A DNA stretch of 64,000 bases from a virus. Below the pieces are notes generated by a model. It had not been told where the DNA came from and did no database searches. It was given only the letters and a program-made list of their open reading frames with translations. Positions 47,774 through 57,024 of this stretch are shown here, one piece after another (the stretch's first letter is position 1; each line of letters opens with the position of its first letter). A program made the position numbers and the translations under genes. The stretch lies in IMG/VR virus record IMGVR_UViG_3300045988_160053. One strand, written 5' to 3'.

Positions 47774-48322
47774 TTAATTCTCCTTTATGCTTTCCATAAG
47801 TTCACTACGAATTTCATCATACATTTTATGTAACTTAGGATTCACAAAAGTCATCCATTCTCGCCGTTTATCCTGTATCATAAGTGCTCTCAACATAGTC
47901 CCAGAGATGGGTAATTCTTCACGATTAATGATTAATTCGGTTGTGTTCTTTAAATCTTTCTTGTCGAACCATCCACTCCGGCTATCATCATTACCATAAA
48001 TCATTACATCTGGATTTTTATAAATATACCGATCCACATTTTGAAGAAGATATCTACCCCAATCTGGTGTGATATCATTTTCATCAGTAAGGTCTGATAA
48101 TGCATAAATCATAATATTCGGATTATCACCATACACTTCACGTATCATCTTGATTCTAGTATTGACATTCAAAGGATTACGTTCTGTCCCGCATTCTTGA
48201 GCGCTACCGACGAGAATAAGCATTCGATCACAAAGTAATAACCCAGTATCAATAAGTTTTTCATGGCCTTTATGGAATGTTTGAAAACGTCCACAAACAA
48301 GCCCAACATCATATGGTTTCAT
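47774..48322 (-). CDS. nicotinamide-nucleotide adenylyltransferase (NadM/NadR-type NMNAT)
   Basis: GLVCGRFQTFHKGHEKL (GRFQxxHxGH cytidylyltransferase signature of NMNATs) and ISGTMLR near the C-terminus. Trimmed to ATG 48322 (RBS AAAGGAGAAG), which abuts the upstream stop. Confidence 0.8.
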   Translation of the reverse strand: MKPYDVGLVCGRFQTFHKGHEKLIDTGLLLCDRMLILVGSAQECGTERNPLNVNTRIKMIREVYGDNPNIMIYALSDLTDENDITPDWGRYLLQNVDRYIYKNPDVMIYGNDDSRSGWFDKKDLKNTTELIINREELPISGTMLRALMIQDKRREWMTFVNPKLHKMYDEIRSELMESIKEN

Positions 48323-48323
48323 A

Positions 48324-48587
48324 TTATTTCTTCTCCTTTTTAATTCCAAGCATATGAATAAATGGTATTAAGAACACAATGAAAAGAACGATATATATAA
48401 TAATTGCTGCAGGAATAGTAAATATAATTACGATAGCAGTATATATTTTCCCAAACCAGTTTTTATTTTGGAGCCACGTTTTATATTCTCCTATTGGTAA
48501 TAATTCATCTATCGCGCAATTAACCACTAAAACAATTGTGAAATAAATTTCGATTAAAAAGAATGATGTAAATACTACGTCATCCAT
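48324..48587 (-). CDS. membrane protein (87 aa)
   Basis: Three hydrophobic segments. Its start overlaps the nadE stop by 1 nt. Confidence 0.55.
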   Translation of the reverse strand: MDDVVFTSFFLIEIYFTIVLVVNCAIDELLPIGEYKTWLQNKNWFGKIYTAIVIIFTIPAAIIIYIVLFIVFLIPFIHMLGIKKEKK

Positions 48588-49348
48588 TATGCTACCTCCA
48601 CTTTTAATCCAGGATTAAATACCGGGATCTTCTCTGATTTAAAAAGACATCGTTTGTGCATTAAATCAATCTTAGCTTTTACATCCAGATCGTCAATCTC
48701 TCCTGTACGAAGATATCTGTCCAGAACTTCATATGGGAATCCTAAATTGTCCTCATCTGTCTTTTCACACAAGCCATCTATCGGGATCTTTTCAATAAGT
48801 TCTGTAGGAAGCAATAATTCATATCCAAGTTTTTTAACTTCATATACAGTTAATTTTCCTAACGGACTAAAATCACCTGCCGAATCACCATACCTGGTTT
48901 CATAACCGACATATGATTCTGAAAGATTACATGTATTTGCTACTCTTCCATTACAAGACTGAGAGACAGCATATAATGTAGACATTCTAATACGTGCCGG
49001 AAGATTTATTTTTGTCTGTTCACTGATCTCGATTCCTGAGCTTTCGAGCCTTGCCAGTACACTTCGAACCGTATCTCCAATATTAATCTCGTAAGACTTA
49101 ATATTAAGAAATTCACAAAGTTTGTACGCAGCATAAATATCTTTCTGCTGACCCTGTGGCATCAGTACACCAATTACACGATCTTTTCCAAGAGCTTCTA
49201 CACAAAGTGCTGCTACTACAGAAGAATCTTTTCCGCCAGAGATTCCTACAATTGCATTGCATCCGGGACCATTCTGATCGAACCAGTCTCTGATCCACTG
49301 TACAATTTCATTCTTGAGTTCTTTAACATATCCATTGTAATATTTCAT
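48587..49348 (-). CDS. nadE: NH3-dependent NAD+ synthetase
   Basis: PP-loop GISGGKDSSVVAAL, NLPARIRM, GYETRYGDSAGDFSPL and the C-terminal EDNLGFPYEVLDRYL motifs in NadE order. Confidence 0.9.
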   Translation of the reverse strand: MKYYNGYVKELKNEIVQWIRDWFDQNGPGCNAIVGISGGKDSSVVAALCVEALGKDRVIGVLMPQGQQKDIYAAYKLCEFLNIKSYEINIGDTVRSVLARLESSGIEISEQTKINLPARIRMSTLYAVSQSCNGRVANTCNLSESYVGYETRYGDSAGDFSPLGKLTVYEVKKLGYELLLPTELIEKIPIDGLCEKTDEDNLGFPYEVLDRYLRTGEIDDLDVKAKIDLMHKRCLFKSEKIPVFNPGLKVEVA

Positions 49349-49349
49349 C

Positions 49350-49709
49350 TTATAATCCTCCTAAACAATTAATATATTGTTTAACATTGCCATTATCATA
49401 TGTCTTTGTAATCAATACGGCAGACACTGTTTGTCCTATTCTTCCATGATATTTACGATATGTACTTTCATCACTAAGTGAATATTCCACTCCGTTATAG
49501 TCTACCGTAATTTCATACTCGGCATAATCTGTCCGAAATTGTGGAACATGATTAATCATACCTGTAAAATGAACTTCTTTCGGCTTATAGTATTCATTAA
49601 CAATTTTGACTTTTACACTTTCTTCTTTCTTATCAATACATTTAGCGCATCCAGTCAACATAAATACACTGATAAGCAGAAGAATTAATATAGTAGCTGC
49701 CTTTTTCAC
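49350..49709 (-). CDS. lipoprotein (119 aa)
   Basis: Signal peptide plus lipobox (…VFMLTGC). GTG start with a GGAGGAATCAAA RBS. GTGA overlap with the upstream stop. Confidence 0.55.
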   Translation of the reverse strand: MKKAATILILLLISVFMLTGCAKCIDKKEESVKVKIVNEYYKPKEVHFTGMINHVPQFRTDYAEYEITVDYNGVEYSLSDESTYRKYHGRIGQTVSAVLITKTYDNGNVKQYINCLGGL

Positions 49710-50134
49710 TTTGATTCCTCCTGCAGTTTCTTTCTTACTTTCATAAGAATTCTACCAAGCCTGTTTTCTCCAATACCATTAACAGTTCCCCAAGTTGTAT
49801 CTCCCCATGTATTTCCTTCTTCCAAATGTTCATTACCTGTAGCAAGTAACTTTTCCTTAAGGTCTGGATTCTGAGTGAATTTAGCCAGTACGATTTCATA
49901 CATTACTTTATCTTTTACTTCTTCCCAATCTGATCTCAGATCAATCTTTCTACCTGTTGCCTTTGCCTCTGATGGGCTAGCTTTAGAAAATAACTGGAAT
50001 CTTAGTCTACGATTCTTTGTTTTCTGCGCTTGAAAAGCTGCTTCATTATTTGTATAGTCCCATCCGTTGTAACTTACCGGTGCCATATAAAAGTTACTTA
50101 AAAAGTAATAATCTCCAGTAAAACTATTAATCAT
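49706..50134 (-). CDS. NADAR (YbiA/DUF1768) domain protein
   Basis: FTGDYYFLSNFY…NNEAAFQAQK…WGDTTWG is the NADAR pattern. Trimmed to ATG 50134 (RBS GGAGGG, 8-nt spacer), directly after the upstream stop at 50136. Confidence 0.75.
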   Translation of the reverse strand: MINSFTGDYYFLSNFYMAPVSYNGWDYTNNEAAFQAQKTKNRRLRFQLFSKASPSEAKATGRKIDLRSDWEEVKDKVMYEIVLAKFTQNPDLKEKLLATGNEHLEEGNTWGDTTWGTVNGIGENRLGRILMKVRKKLQEESK

Positions 50135-50135
50135 C

Positions 50136-50684
50136 TTAAATACCCTCCATTGCTTTCCACTGTTTTCTTCTCTTACTCTGCATCTTCCAACCAGACACTT
50201 TGGATCCTTTCTCATAATCCCATGAATCTATTTTTCTTTTTGGTTTTATAGGCTTGAGAGTAATACCATATTCATTTCTTACCTCTACAATCTCTTCTGG
50301 TGTAATACTTTTACGCTGATCCGGCTCTGTTGAAGCCCGATGAATATTCCATCCATGATGTTTATGATATGTACGATAATATTTCTTCTTATATTTCTTA
50401 GTAAGCTGATGAAAGTCTCGTACATTACCATAATCATCCATAATCAAATATCTGTGATATTCTTTTGTTGTCGTAAAGTAACATCTACCGTGCATGTATT
50501 CATCTTCAAAATAATTAAACTTATTATAAAATTGTTTATCGTATTTTGTTTCGAAATATGTATACACTTCTTTAGTACCTGTTAGATATCCGAGATATTC
50601 CCATGGTAACCATTTATATTTGGCCCATTCGCAATGATATTCAACTACTTTTGTTCTTTGCATATAAATATGATATTCTCTCAT
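50136..50684 (-). CDS. hypothetical Tyr/Lys/His-rich protein (182 aa)
   Basis: Track ORF. No motif. Confidence 0.6.
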   Translation of the reverse strand: MREYHIYMQRTKVVEYHCEWAKYKWLPWEYLGYLTGTKEVYTYFETKYDKQFYNKFNYFEDEYMHGRCYFTTTKEYHRYLIMDDYGNVRDFHQLTKKYKKKYYRTYHKHHGWNIHRASTEPDQRKSITPEEIVEVRNEYGITLKPIKPKRKIDSWDYEKGSKVSGWKMQSKRRKQWKAMEGI

Positions 50685-50693
50685 ATAAAACTC

Positions 50694-50978
50694 CTACTGT
50701 CCTTTATGTCTTGACATATCGACTGTTGTTTTAAAATATTTACCAATTGTTGCAATTGTTGCACAAATAACAGGGATCATTGGTTTCGTAAATCTAGTTG
50801 TATTAAATATGATATTTAGTCCATTAACCAATGCGTCTCCTACAAAAAATTTCAGTATACATCCACCTATGTAAGCAAACATAAATGATAATGCCGGACT
50901 AATAACAAGAGTGAAAATCGCAAGGATGATTACTGTAAACGCACCTATTCCTTCTAATGTATTATCTTTTCTGTTCAT
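50694..50978 (-). CDS. membrane protein (94 aa)
   Basis: Three hydrophobic segments. 4-nt overlap with the macro-domain gene. Confidence 0.55.
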   Translation of the reverse strand: MNRKDNTLEGIGAFTVIILAIFTLVISPALSFMFAYIGGCILKFFVGDALVNGLNIIFNTTRFTKPMIPVICATIATIGKYFKTTVDMSRHKGQ

Positions 50979-51475
50979 TCATCCAGCCTCCATAATTCCA
51001 CATCATAATCTTTAAGTTCCTCTTCAATGATTTTATAAACCACTTCCCAGTCTGCTCCCCCTCTTACACAACCAATCTTATACGGAAGTGCTACTGAGGT
51101 TCTACAAAGATCTTTTCCTTCTAGTCCATTTTTTTCACGCCATACTCCAAAATGTTGCGAAATATATCTTAAACCATCTCTAAAAGCTTCAAGATCTGTA
51201 TACTGTTTACCATCATATCCATATTTATTTTGTGCGAATAAAGACAATACAATTTGACCTCTATCTTTCAATAAATATGCATCACATGTTCCGAGTAGTT
51301 CTTCCGGCTCGAACTTACAAAATTCACAAAACTTTCTATAGTGTTTATAAATGCCTTCATCATAATCTCTTAATGCTTTAGCAACTCCAGATCCCATAAC
51401 ACCCTGGCAGTTAACCTGATGAATTATAAAATCTGTCTTTGCATTAACGATATTACCTTCAATAATTTTAATCAT
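50975..51475 (-). CDS. macro domain protein (ADP-ribose binding/hydrolase)
   Basis: MIKIIEGNIVNAKTDFIIHQVNCQGVMGSGVAKAL is a typical macro-domain N-terminus. Trimmed to ATG 51475 (RBS GGAGGA, 5-nt spacer). Confidence 0.8.
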   Translation of the reverse strand: MIKIIEGNIVNAKTDFIIHQVNCQGVMGSGVAKALRDYDEGIYKHYRKFCEFCKFEPEELLGTCDAYLLKDRGQIVLSLFAQNKYGYDGKQYTDLEAFRDGLRYISQHFGVWREKNGLEGKDLCRTSVALPYKIGCVRGGADWEVVYKIIEEELKDYDVELWRLDE

Positions 51476-51485
51476 TTGCTTCCTC

Positions 51486-51902
51486 CTATATAAAATTCTG
51501 AAATGTAAATTTCTCGCCACAAGAACAGATTACTTCTCCAACAGTTCCAATTGATGTTGGTGTAAAGCACCATGTAAGAGAGCCGCCTATGCAACCATGT
51601 CCCATTGCTCTCTGTTCCATAGTTTTCAAACCATGTTTCTCAGCATCATGTTTTAATTCCCACTCTCTGATTTTCTCTTGTTCTTTTTCTGAAATTGGAA
51701 ATCCTCTATACAGATCCTCTTTCGCTTTTTTCAGTTCTGTTTCCATTCTCTGCATTTCAGAATCTTTATAATGCTCATCTTTGAGTTTCTTGTTTTCTTC
51801 TTCTAAGTATTTAATTCGTTTTTCATAAGTATCTGCTTTATCAATAATTCCTTGACAAAGATCTGAAACAGAATCGGAAAAATATGTCTTTTTCATTTTC
51901 AT
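51486..51902 (-). CDS. hypothetical coiled-coil / Cys-containing protein (138 aa)
   Basis: Track ORF. C-terminal …GHGCIGGSLTWCFTPTSIGTVGEVICSCGEKFTF. Confidence 0.6.
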   Translation of the reverse strand: MKMKKTYFSDSVSDLCQGIIDKADTYEKRIKYLEEENKKLKDEHYKDSEMQRMETELKKAKEDLYRGFPISEKEQEKIREWELKHDAEKHGLKTMEQRAMGHGCIGGSLTWCFTPTSIGTVGEVICSCGEKFTFQNFI

Positions 51903-51903
51903 C

Positions 51904-52443
51904 TTAAATTTCCTTTACTAAATATTTCACTGGAACATTTTTAGTCAGCCAAACTCCATTTTTAGATAAGTAAAATTTGTATCCATCTTTGTACATCTGT
52001 TCACTATTGATAGAATAAACAACTTCTTTACCATGTCTTTTGCCGACAGCTTTGGCGGTTTCAACATCTTTTGACAAATGAACATATAAACGACTTTTAG
52101 GAATCAGTCCGTTCTGATCAATAGACGCTATATATTTCTCGCCGGTTCCATGATAAAGAATTCTAGGCGGCTCTTTCTCTTCCAGTTCTACATCTACCGG
52201 AATTGAATGTCCCTGATTCGCTCTGATCAATGTTTTGTCATCATTGAAAGAATATCGCTGCTTATTGTCAGTCCGTACAATTTCCTCTAAAATTTCTTTG
52301 TTGAATCCGGGATTGTTTTTAGCAATGCCCTGAATTAGTTCTTCTACATTCGCCCATCCGTGTTCATTTAAAGTAATATTGATCACTTCAGGTTTATGTC
52401 TTAATATAAGACTTATATATCTACTAATACTTTGTAAATTCAT
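51904..52443 (-). CDS. kptA: RNA 2'-phosphotransferase (Tpt1/KptA family, NAD+-dependent)
   Basis: [13 protein letters not shown]…GWANVEELI…RYSF…IRANQGHS…LYHGT…VHLS, the canonical Tpt1/KptA order. Confidence 0.85.
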   Translation of the reverse strand: MNLQSISRYISLILRHKPEVINITLNEHGWANVEELIQGIAKNNPGFNKEILEEIVRTDNKQRYSFNDDKTLIRANQGHSIPVDVELEEKEPPRILYHGTGEKYIASIDQNGLIPKSRLYVHLSKDVETAKAVGKRHGKEVVYSINSEQMYKDGYKFYLSKNGVWLTKNVPVKYLVKEI

Positions 52444-52448
52444 TCTCT

Positions 52449-54395
52449 TTACTCCATAAATGATGAAACATGTACGGTTACAAAATCGCTATGTGCACGA
52501 ATATAATCCAAAGTTTTTACTGTATCCTCTACAATTGCAATCTGAGATGGCTTAAGCCCAAGCTTTTGCTGCAACGTCTGAAGCACAGTAAGTTTTTCTG
52601 TTTTTTCTAAAGTGAAATAGATATTATCATCCGGAAGATTATAGTTGTTTTTGATAAAAGCTCTTTTGCCGGGGATCTCACTAGAAGGACTCTTTGAACA
52701 AGTATATACTTTATCAATACCTTTCTTTTGAATAAACTTTTGCATTAATTTAATCGGACGCACATCTTTATACGGATTCTCACCGAAAGCTACAAGTCTA
52801 TCCCATTCATCATCAGTCATACTATGACTTAATTCAGAAAACTCATACGGAGCAAGTACTCCATCTACGTCCATTACTACAATCACATCATCTTTTAATA
52901 AATAATCTGTAATTTTACTTATCTTTGTTTTTTTGTTTCCTCCGTTTAATCTTTCTCTAATGTCTTCAAATGTTTCTTTATTGCAAGCTTCCCCATCTAC
53001 AAATACAGTTCTTAATGTTCCATTACCAAATATACTATCATATCCGTCTTCACACTGTAATTCTCCATTGTCATCGTAATATATACAACAACACCCCTTA
53101 TGAGATTTTTTCAAATGACTCGTATCGGTTTTTGGATCTTTATAGATCATAATTGGCTCGCCATTGACAATTCCATAAGTGGCTTTCATAGCAATACCAA
53201 ACATATCTCTGGTTACAACAACCATATGTCCATCAGGCTCTATAACTGCTGAGAAGCAAAATGCTCCGACTCCGAATACGATATTGTTTGCAGCAAATCC
53301 TTTTTTCTTCAATTCTTCCCATACCTGCTTTACATTATTAAGAGTACATCCGTCCCCATAAATAATTCCAATATGAGAGTCAAGTACTTTATATCCTTTG
53401 CTATTTACTGTTCCGCCGAATGTATTCCAAAGTTTCTCAATGGTCTTTACGGCAATTTCTACCATATCTCCGGAATCTGGACGAACCAGAAGTTTGCCAT
53501 TATGCTGCATGATTTCTTTTTTACAAGCCGGAAGAATATTATCAATCATATTCCAGTAATCATAAGTATCAGATACCATGCTAAAAGATGCATTAGGATA
53601 TAGTTCCGTAAGTAGTCTTTTTACAAATGTGATTTCATCACCGTCTACTGCATAATTTGAAGCCATAACTGAATGTTCTGTTGATACAGCGCCAATTCCA
53701 ATCTTTTCAGCCCAGCAACAAGCATCATAATATGTATCTATATAATCAATAGCAGGAATTGTGCTTGTCTTATCAAATGATAATAACCAAGCAGATGAAC
53801 ATCTCACGGCCTCTTCCATACAAGACATTCCTCTCATACCAAAGTCTGAGCAGGCCATTTCAGGTCTTAAAAAGTCATCACAGGTCATTTTATAGTAGTC
53901 GTTTGCAAGTTCTCTATACATATGACCAATTGTTGCATGAGCACATGGTTTCCAGAGTTCAACCTGCAGAATACATTCGATCCACTGTACTACCCAGGCA
54001 AAATCTGGATGTGTATTTGTAATTTCGATGCATGGGATGCCCATTGGTACTAATGTTCCCTCCGGAATAGCACGTATCCGAATTGGAAGATAACCTAATT
54101 TATGAAGTTTCATAATAGGCTCTAGGTCATAATTGTTTCCTAACTGTATATCCATACTGTATTTATATGTATGTTCAACTTCTGCTGCTGTTAATTCAAA
54201 AAAGTTTTTATTAAAATAATCAACCAGATACTCTTCAATAAATGCCTGTAAACCAAAGAATACCATTTTGTTTTGATTCTTAAGCATTGATCTTCGTGGG
54301 GTCCAGTAAGATACTAATTGATCCAGTCCTTTCGGATAGATTTTATTATGTATCTGTTTATATGTATCGCTTAATAGGATTGCTAAAGTATTCAT
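52449..54395 (-). CDS. nicotinamide phosphoribosyltransferase-family enzyme (NAMPT/NadV-like) fused to a C-terminal HAD (NT5C-like) domain
   Basis: NAMPT-family motifs: [56 protein letters not shown]. The C-terminal about 165 aa (nt about 52452-52940) carry [14 protein letters not shown] (DxDG[VT]) and IAIVEDT, which are HAD motifs I and IV. Trimmed to ATG 54395 (RBS GAGGGAGA). Confidence 0.85.
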   Translation of the reverse strand: MNTLAILLSDTYKQIHNKIYPKGLDQLVSYWTPRRSMLKNQNKMVFFGLQAFIEEYLVDYFNKNFFELTAAEVEHTYKYSMDIQLGNNYDLEPIMKLHKLGYLPIRIRAIPEGTLVPMGIPCIEITNTHPDFAWVVQWIECILQVELWKPCAHATIGHMYRELANDYYKMTCDDFLRPEMACSDFGMRGMSCMEEAVRCSSAWLLSFDKTSTIPAIDYIDTYYDACCWAEKIGIGAVSTEHSVMASNYAVDGDEITFVKRLLTELYPNASFSMVSDTYDYWNMIDNILPACKKEIMQHNGKLLVRPDSGDMVEIAVKTIEKLWNTFGGTVNSKGYKVLDSHIGIIYGDGCTLNNVKQVWEELKKKGFAANNIVFGVGAFCFSAVIEPDGHMVVVTRDMFGIAMKATYGIVNGEPIMIYKDPKTDTSHLKKSHKGCCCIYYDDNGELQCEDGYDSIFGNGTLRTVFVDGEACNKETFEDIRERLNGGNKKTKISKITDYLLKDDVIVVMDVDGVLAPYEFSELSHSMTDDEWDRLVAFGENPYKDVRPIKLMQKFIQKKGIDKVYTCSKSPSSEIPGKRAFIKNNYNLPDDNIYFTLEKTEKLTVLQTLQQKLGLKPSQIAIVEDTVKTLDYIRAHSDFVTVHVSSFME

Positions 54396-54412
54396 AATAT
54401 TCTCCCTCAAGT

Positions 54413-54703
54413 CTATTCTTCTGTATAACAAGTATTTGTCACTTTTTTATATACATCCTCGTAAAGTTCCTGTTTATCGCCATTGTATGTATATTCAGCA
54501 TAAATACCATCACCAGAAACCGTAGTAGAAGCAAGACATTTGTAGTTCTGTAAAGTCTTGCACGACCAAACAATAAATACATTTGATAAATTAATTGGCT
54601 TAATTGCATTTGGACCTTCGTGAATCATACAGCTATTGTTATACCATTCAACTAATTTCTTTTTGCATACATCTTGAAAATGTTCCATTCCTGTAATAAT
54701 CAT
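54413..54703 (-). CDS. hypothetical protein (96 aa)
   Basis: Track ORF. TAATG overlap with the upstream gene. Confidence 0.55.
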   Translation of the reverse strand: MIITGMEHFQDVCKKKLVEWYNNSCMIHEGPNAIKPINLSNVFIVWSCKTLQNYKCLASTTVSGDGIYAEYTYNGDKQELYEDVYKKVTNTCYTEE

Positions 54704-55092
54704 TATTTTTTATTCTCCTCTTTATCGTTTACAACTTTGTCAATCTGGTCAGTAATATAATCAACTACATCTTTGCCGGTTTTCCCAATTGCTTGGATGT
54801 TATCTGTCGTTACATTATCTAGCACAAGCATTGTATACATGGTATCTTTTGATGGAACTGTTGTAAAAAGTAAACTACTAACACAAAGCCAGATAACTGA
54901 TTTCTTTAAATACTTTTTACATGTAACAATAGGTTTTTCATCCTGTCTATAATCCATAGAACTCAAAAGCCAAATAATTGATAATACCACCGCTGCACAT
55001 CCAAGTAAAATTGATGCAATACCAAATAACTCCCTTAAATCATCAAATAAATCAATTAAATAAATCAACCACGGGCTAATAATCGGTTTCAT
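54703..55092 (-). CDS. membrane protein (129 aa)
   Basis: Three hydrophobic segments. RBS AAGGAGGC. Confidence 0.55.
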   Translation of the reverse strand: MKPIISPWLIYLIDLFDDLRELFGIASILLGCAAVVLSIIWLLSSMDYRQDEKPIVTCKKYLKKSVIWLCVSSLLFTTVPSKDTMYTMLVLDNVTTDNIQAIGKTGKDVVDYITDQIDKVVNDKEENKK

Positions 55093-55101
55093 AATGCCTC
55101 C

Positions 55102-55905
55102 TTATCTAAACCTCTCAACAAGTTCAATCTTAGGACTTTCCAGATTTGTCAGAATCGTATCTGTCGTATAAATCTTCTCAATCAATCCATTATTTTTCAG
55201 AAGTTCTCCTTCATAAATAGTATTCTCACAATGAGTAATATAAAGATAAATCTTACCTACACCGGCCTCTTTCAGCTTTTTAGCACTATAATAAAAAGTA
55301 CCACCTCTGCTGCAAATGTCATCTACAATAAGAATGTCTTTACCTGGTAATTGATCAATTTCACCAGATAAATCTAAACCTTTAATCTCTCCGGTCTCCC
55401 AATCTCTATTCTTAATACCGAAAGCATATGGAAGATGTACTGCTGAAGAATATCGCTTCATGGATCCCGCATCCGGATAAAACATCATAAGGTTATTACT
55501 CGCAATCTTCTTAACAGCATCCTCAATCATTCGATTCGGGGATTCTACATGTACTTTATTAAATAATGCGGCAGATACATCAGAATGCGGATCTAAAACT
55601 TCTACTTTTCCAAAATGTAATGAATTAATAGTCTGAGCAAAATATTTTAAAGTAAATAATTCGTTCTTATGCTTAACTCGGTCCATACGTGCATCTGGGA
55701 TATAAGGCATATATAAATTAGGCACTACTCTATGATCCCAACAATATCTAGTAATATATTCAACTGCTGTTAACTCTTCCATTGATTCAAAGAACCATTC
55801 AATATTATCTCTGCGCCATCCTCCGATGGGTGGGAGATTCTTAAATAAGAATGTCCCATCCGGATATTTATCAAGTTTGATTTCTACGTCGTTTAATTTA
55901 ATCAT
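55102..55905 (-). CDS. ribose-phosphate pyrophosphokinase-like protein (PRPP synthetase, or ADPR-pyrophosphate synthetase of the NARP1 type)
   Basis: YMPYIPDARMDRV (compare PYxxYARQDR) and ILIVDDICSRGGTF (PRPP/PRTase loop). About 45 aa shorter than cellular Prs. Starts directly after the upstream stop. Confidence 0.7.
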   Translation of the reverse strand: MIKLNDVEIKLDKYPDGTFLFKNLPPIGGWRRDNIEWFFESMEELTAVEYITRYCWDHRVVPNLYMPYIPDARMDRVKHKNELFTLKYFAQTINSLHFGKVEVLDPHSDVSAALFNKVHVESPNRMIEDAVKKIASNNLMMFYPDAGSMKRYSSAVHLPYAFGIKNRDWETGEIKGLDLSGEIDQLPGKDILIVDDICSRGGTFYYSAKKLKEAGVGKIYLYITHCENTIYEGELLKNNGLIEKIYTTDTILTNLESPKIELVERFR

Positions 55906-57012
55906 TTAGTTCTCCTCACGTTCAAACAATTTTAATTTCCAGTTATCTTTGAATATTTTATGTATTTCATAAAGAGATATATTAGACTCGCAATATTCAT
56001 TCATATGAGTCATAGCCAATGTCTTTCGACATGGGATTCCAGAGGTTTTTATGTCTGCTTGACATCTTTCATATAGTTCTTCAACATTTAACTTCCCATA
56101 TCTCAAAGTATCCTGATGCGGATTTGGAACATTGGTTAAATCTTTTATGTCTGGATTAATCTCTTCCTTATTACATTCAGTTGGGAACGCACCGGCTCCA
56201 TGTCTAGTCATATATGTACGTGTCACATAACAAGCTTCTATATTAATCTCATCAGTCCAATTTACAGACTTTATAATTCTTGCAGGATTTTTAATACCAG
56301 TGTTGGATGGAGTAAGATGTGGGTAATATTCAGTATTATTTTGATCTAAAAGAAGCCCCTGCCCATTTTCAAATACTATGATATCGTATCCATCAAGTAA
56401 TTGATCATCATTCACGACATGTATGTGCGACATCATAAAATCAAAATCTTCATTGTAATGGTCTTGAAGCCCAGGATTTTTGAAATGATTAAATAATTCT
56501 TCTTCCTGCTCAGATAACGTAATTCCCATGCGCTTGAACATATTCATATAATATGACCATGACGATGAATATGAAGTAATATGTTTTTTATAGCGTTGAA
56601 TTGTATTATAAATACCCATTCCACAGCTTCCGTGTTTATTATTACCGCGACTTCGCTCAATAATTTGATTTGCCATCATATCAAGAGGATTCGTAATCAT
56701 ACATTGTTCATGAACGTACACATAAGGTTCCCATCCTAATTTCTTCAACTCTTCCCATTCTTCCCTAAATACCAGAGGATTTAAAATAAAATCCTCCGGT
56801 AAATAAGTATCTGCTCCGTTTAATGTTCCAGAGCCGAAATGATGAAAGACATGCCGGGTTCCGTCTGATTTTAATACTGTGTGTCCTCTTTGAGCACCGC
56901 CATTTGAACACACAACGATACAGTTATCTGCATTTTTAGTATAATAATCTGTTAATTTACCCTTGCCCTCGTCACCAAAGTTTGCTCCGATGACAATTTT
57001 TATATCTTTCAT
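55906..57012 (-). CDS. short adenylosuccinate synthetase homologue (PurA/PurZ-like)
   Basis: IGANFGDEGKGKLTDYY (P-loop GDEGKGK) and GGAQRGHTV (compare GHNAGHT). At 368 aa it is markedly shorter than bacterial PurA. The GTTxxGIGP element is replaced by HGSCGMGIYNT. Confidence 0.7.
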   Translation of the reverse strand: MKDIKIVIGANFGDEGKGKLTDYYTKNADNCIVVCSNGGAQRGHTVLKSDGTRHVFHHFGSGTLNGADTYLPEDFILNPLVFREEWEELKKLGWEPYVYVHEQCMITNPLDMMANQIIERSRGNNKHGSCGMGIYNTIQRYKKHITSYSSSWSYYMNMFKRMGITLSEQEEELFNHFKNPGLQDHYNEDFDFMMSHIHVVNDDQLLDGYDIIVFENGQGLLLDQNNTEYYPHLTPSNTGIKNPARIIKSVNWTDEINIEACYVTRTYMTRHGAGAFPTECNKEEINPDIKDLTNVPNPHQDTLRYGKLNVEELYERCQADIKTSGIPCRKTLAMTHMNEYCESNISLYEIHKIFKDNWKLKLFEREEN

Positions 57013-57024
57013 AAGTTATTCTCC

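Noticed and set aside
55906-57012. Asserting that the phage has a 2-aminoadenine (Z) genome
   Set aside because: Only a PurA-like gene is present and it retains the canonical GDEGKGK loop. No DatZ, MazZ or DpoZ-like genes are seen in this window. Kept only as a hypothesis to test.
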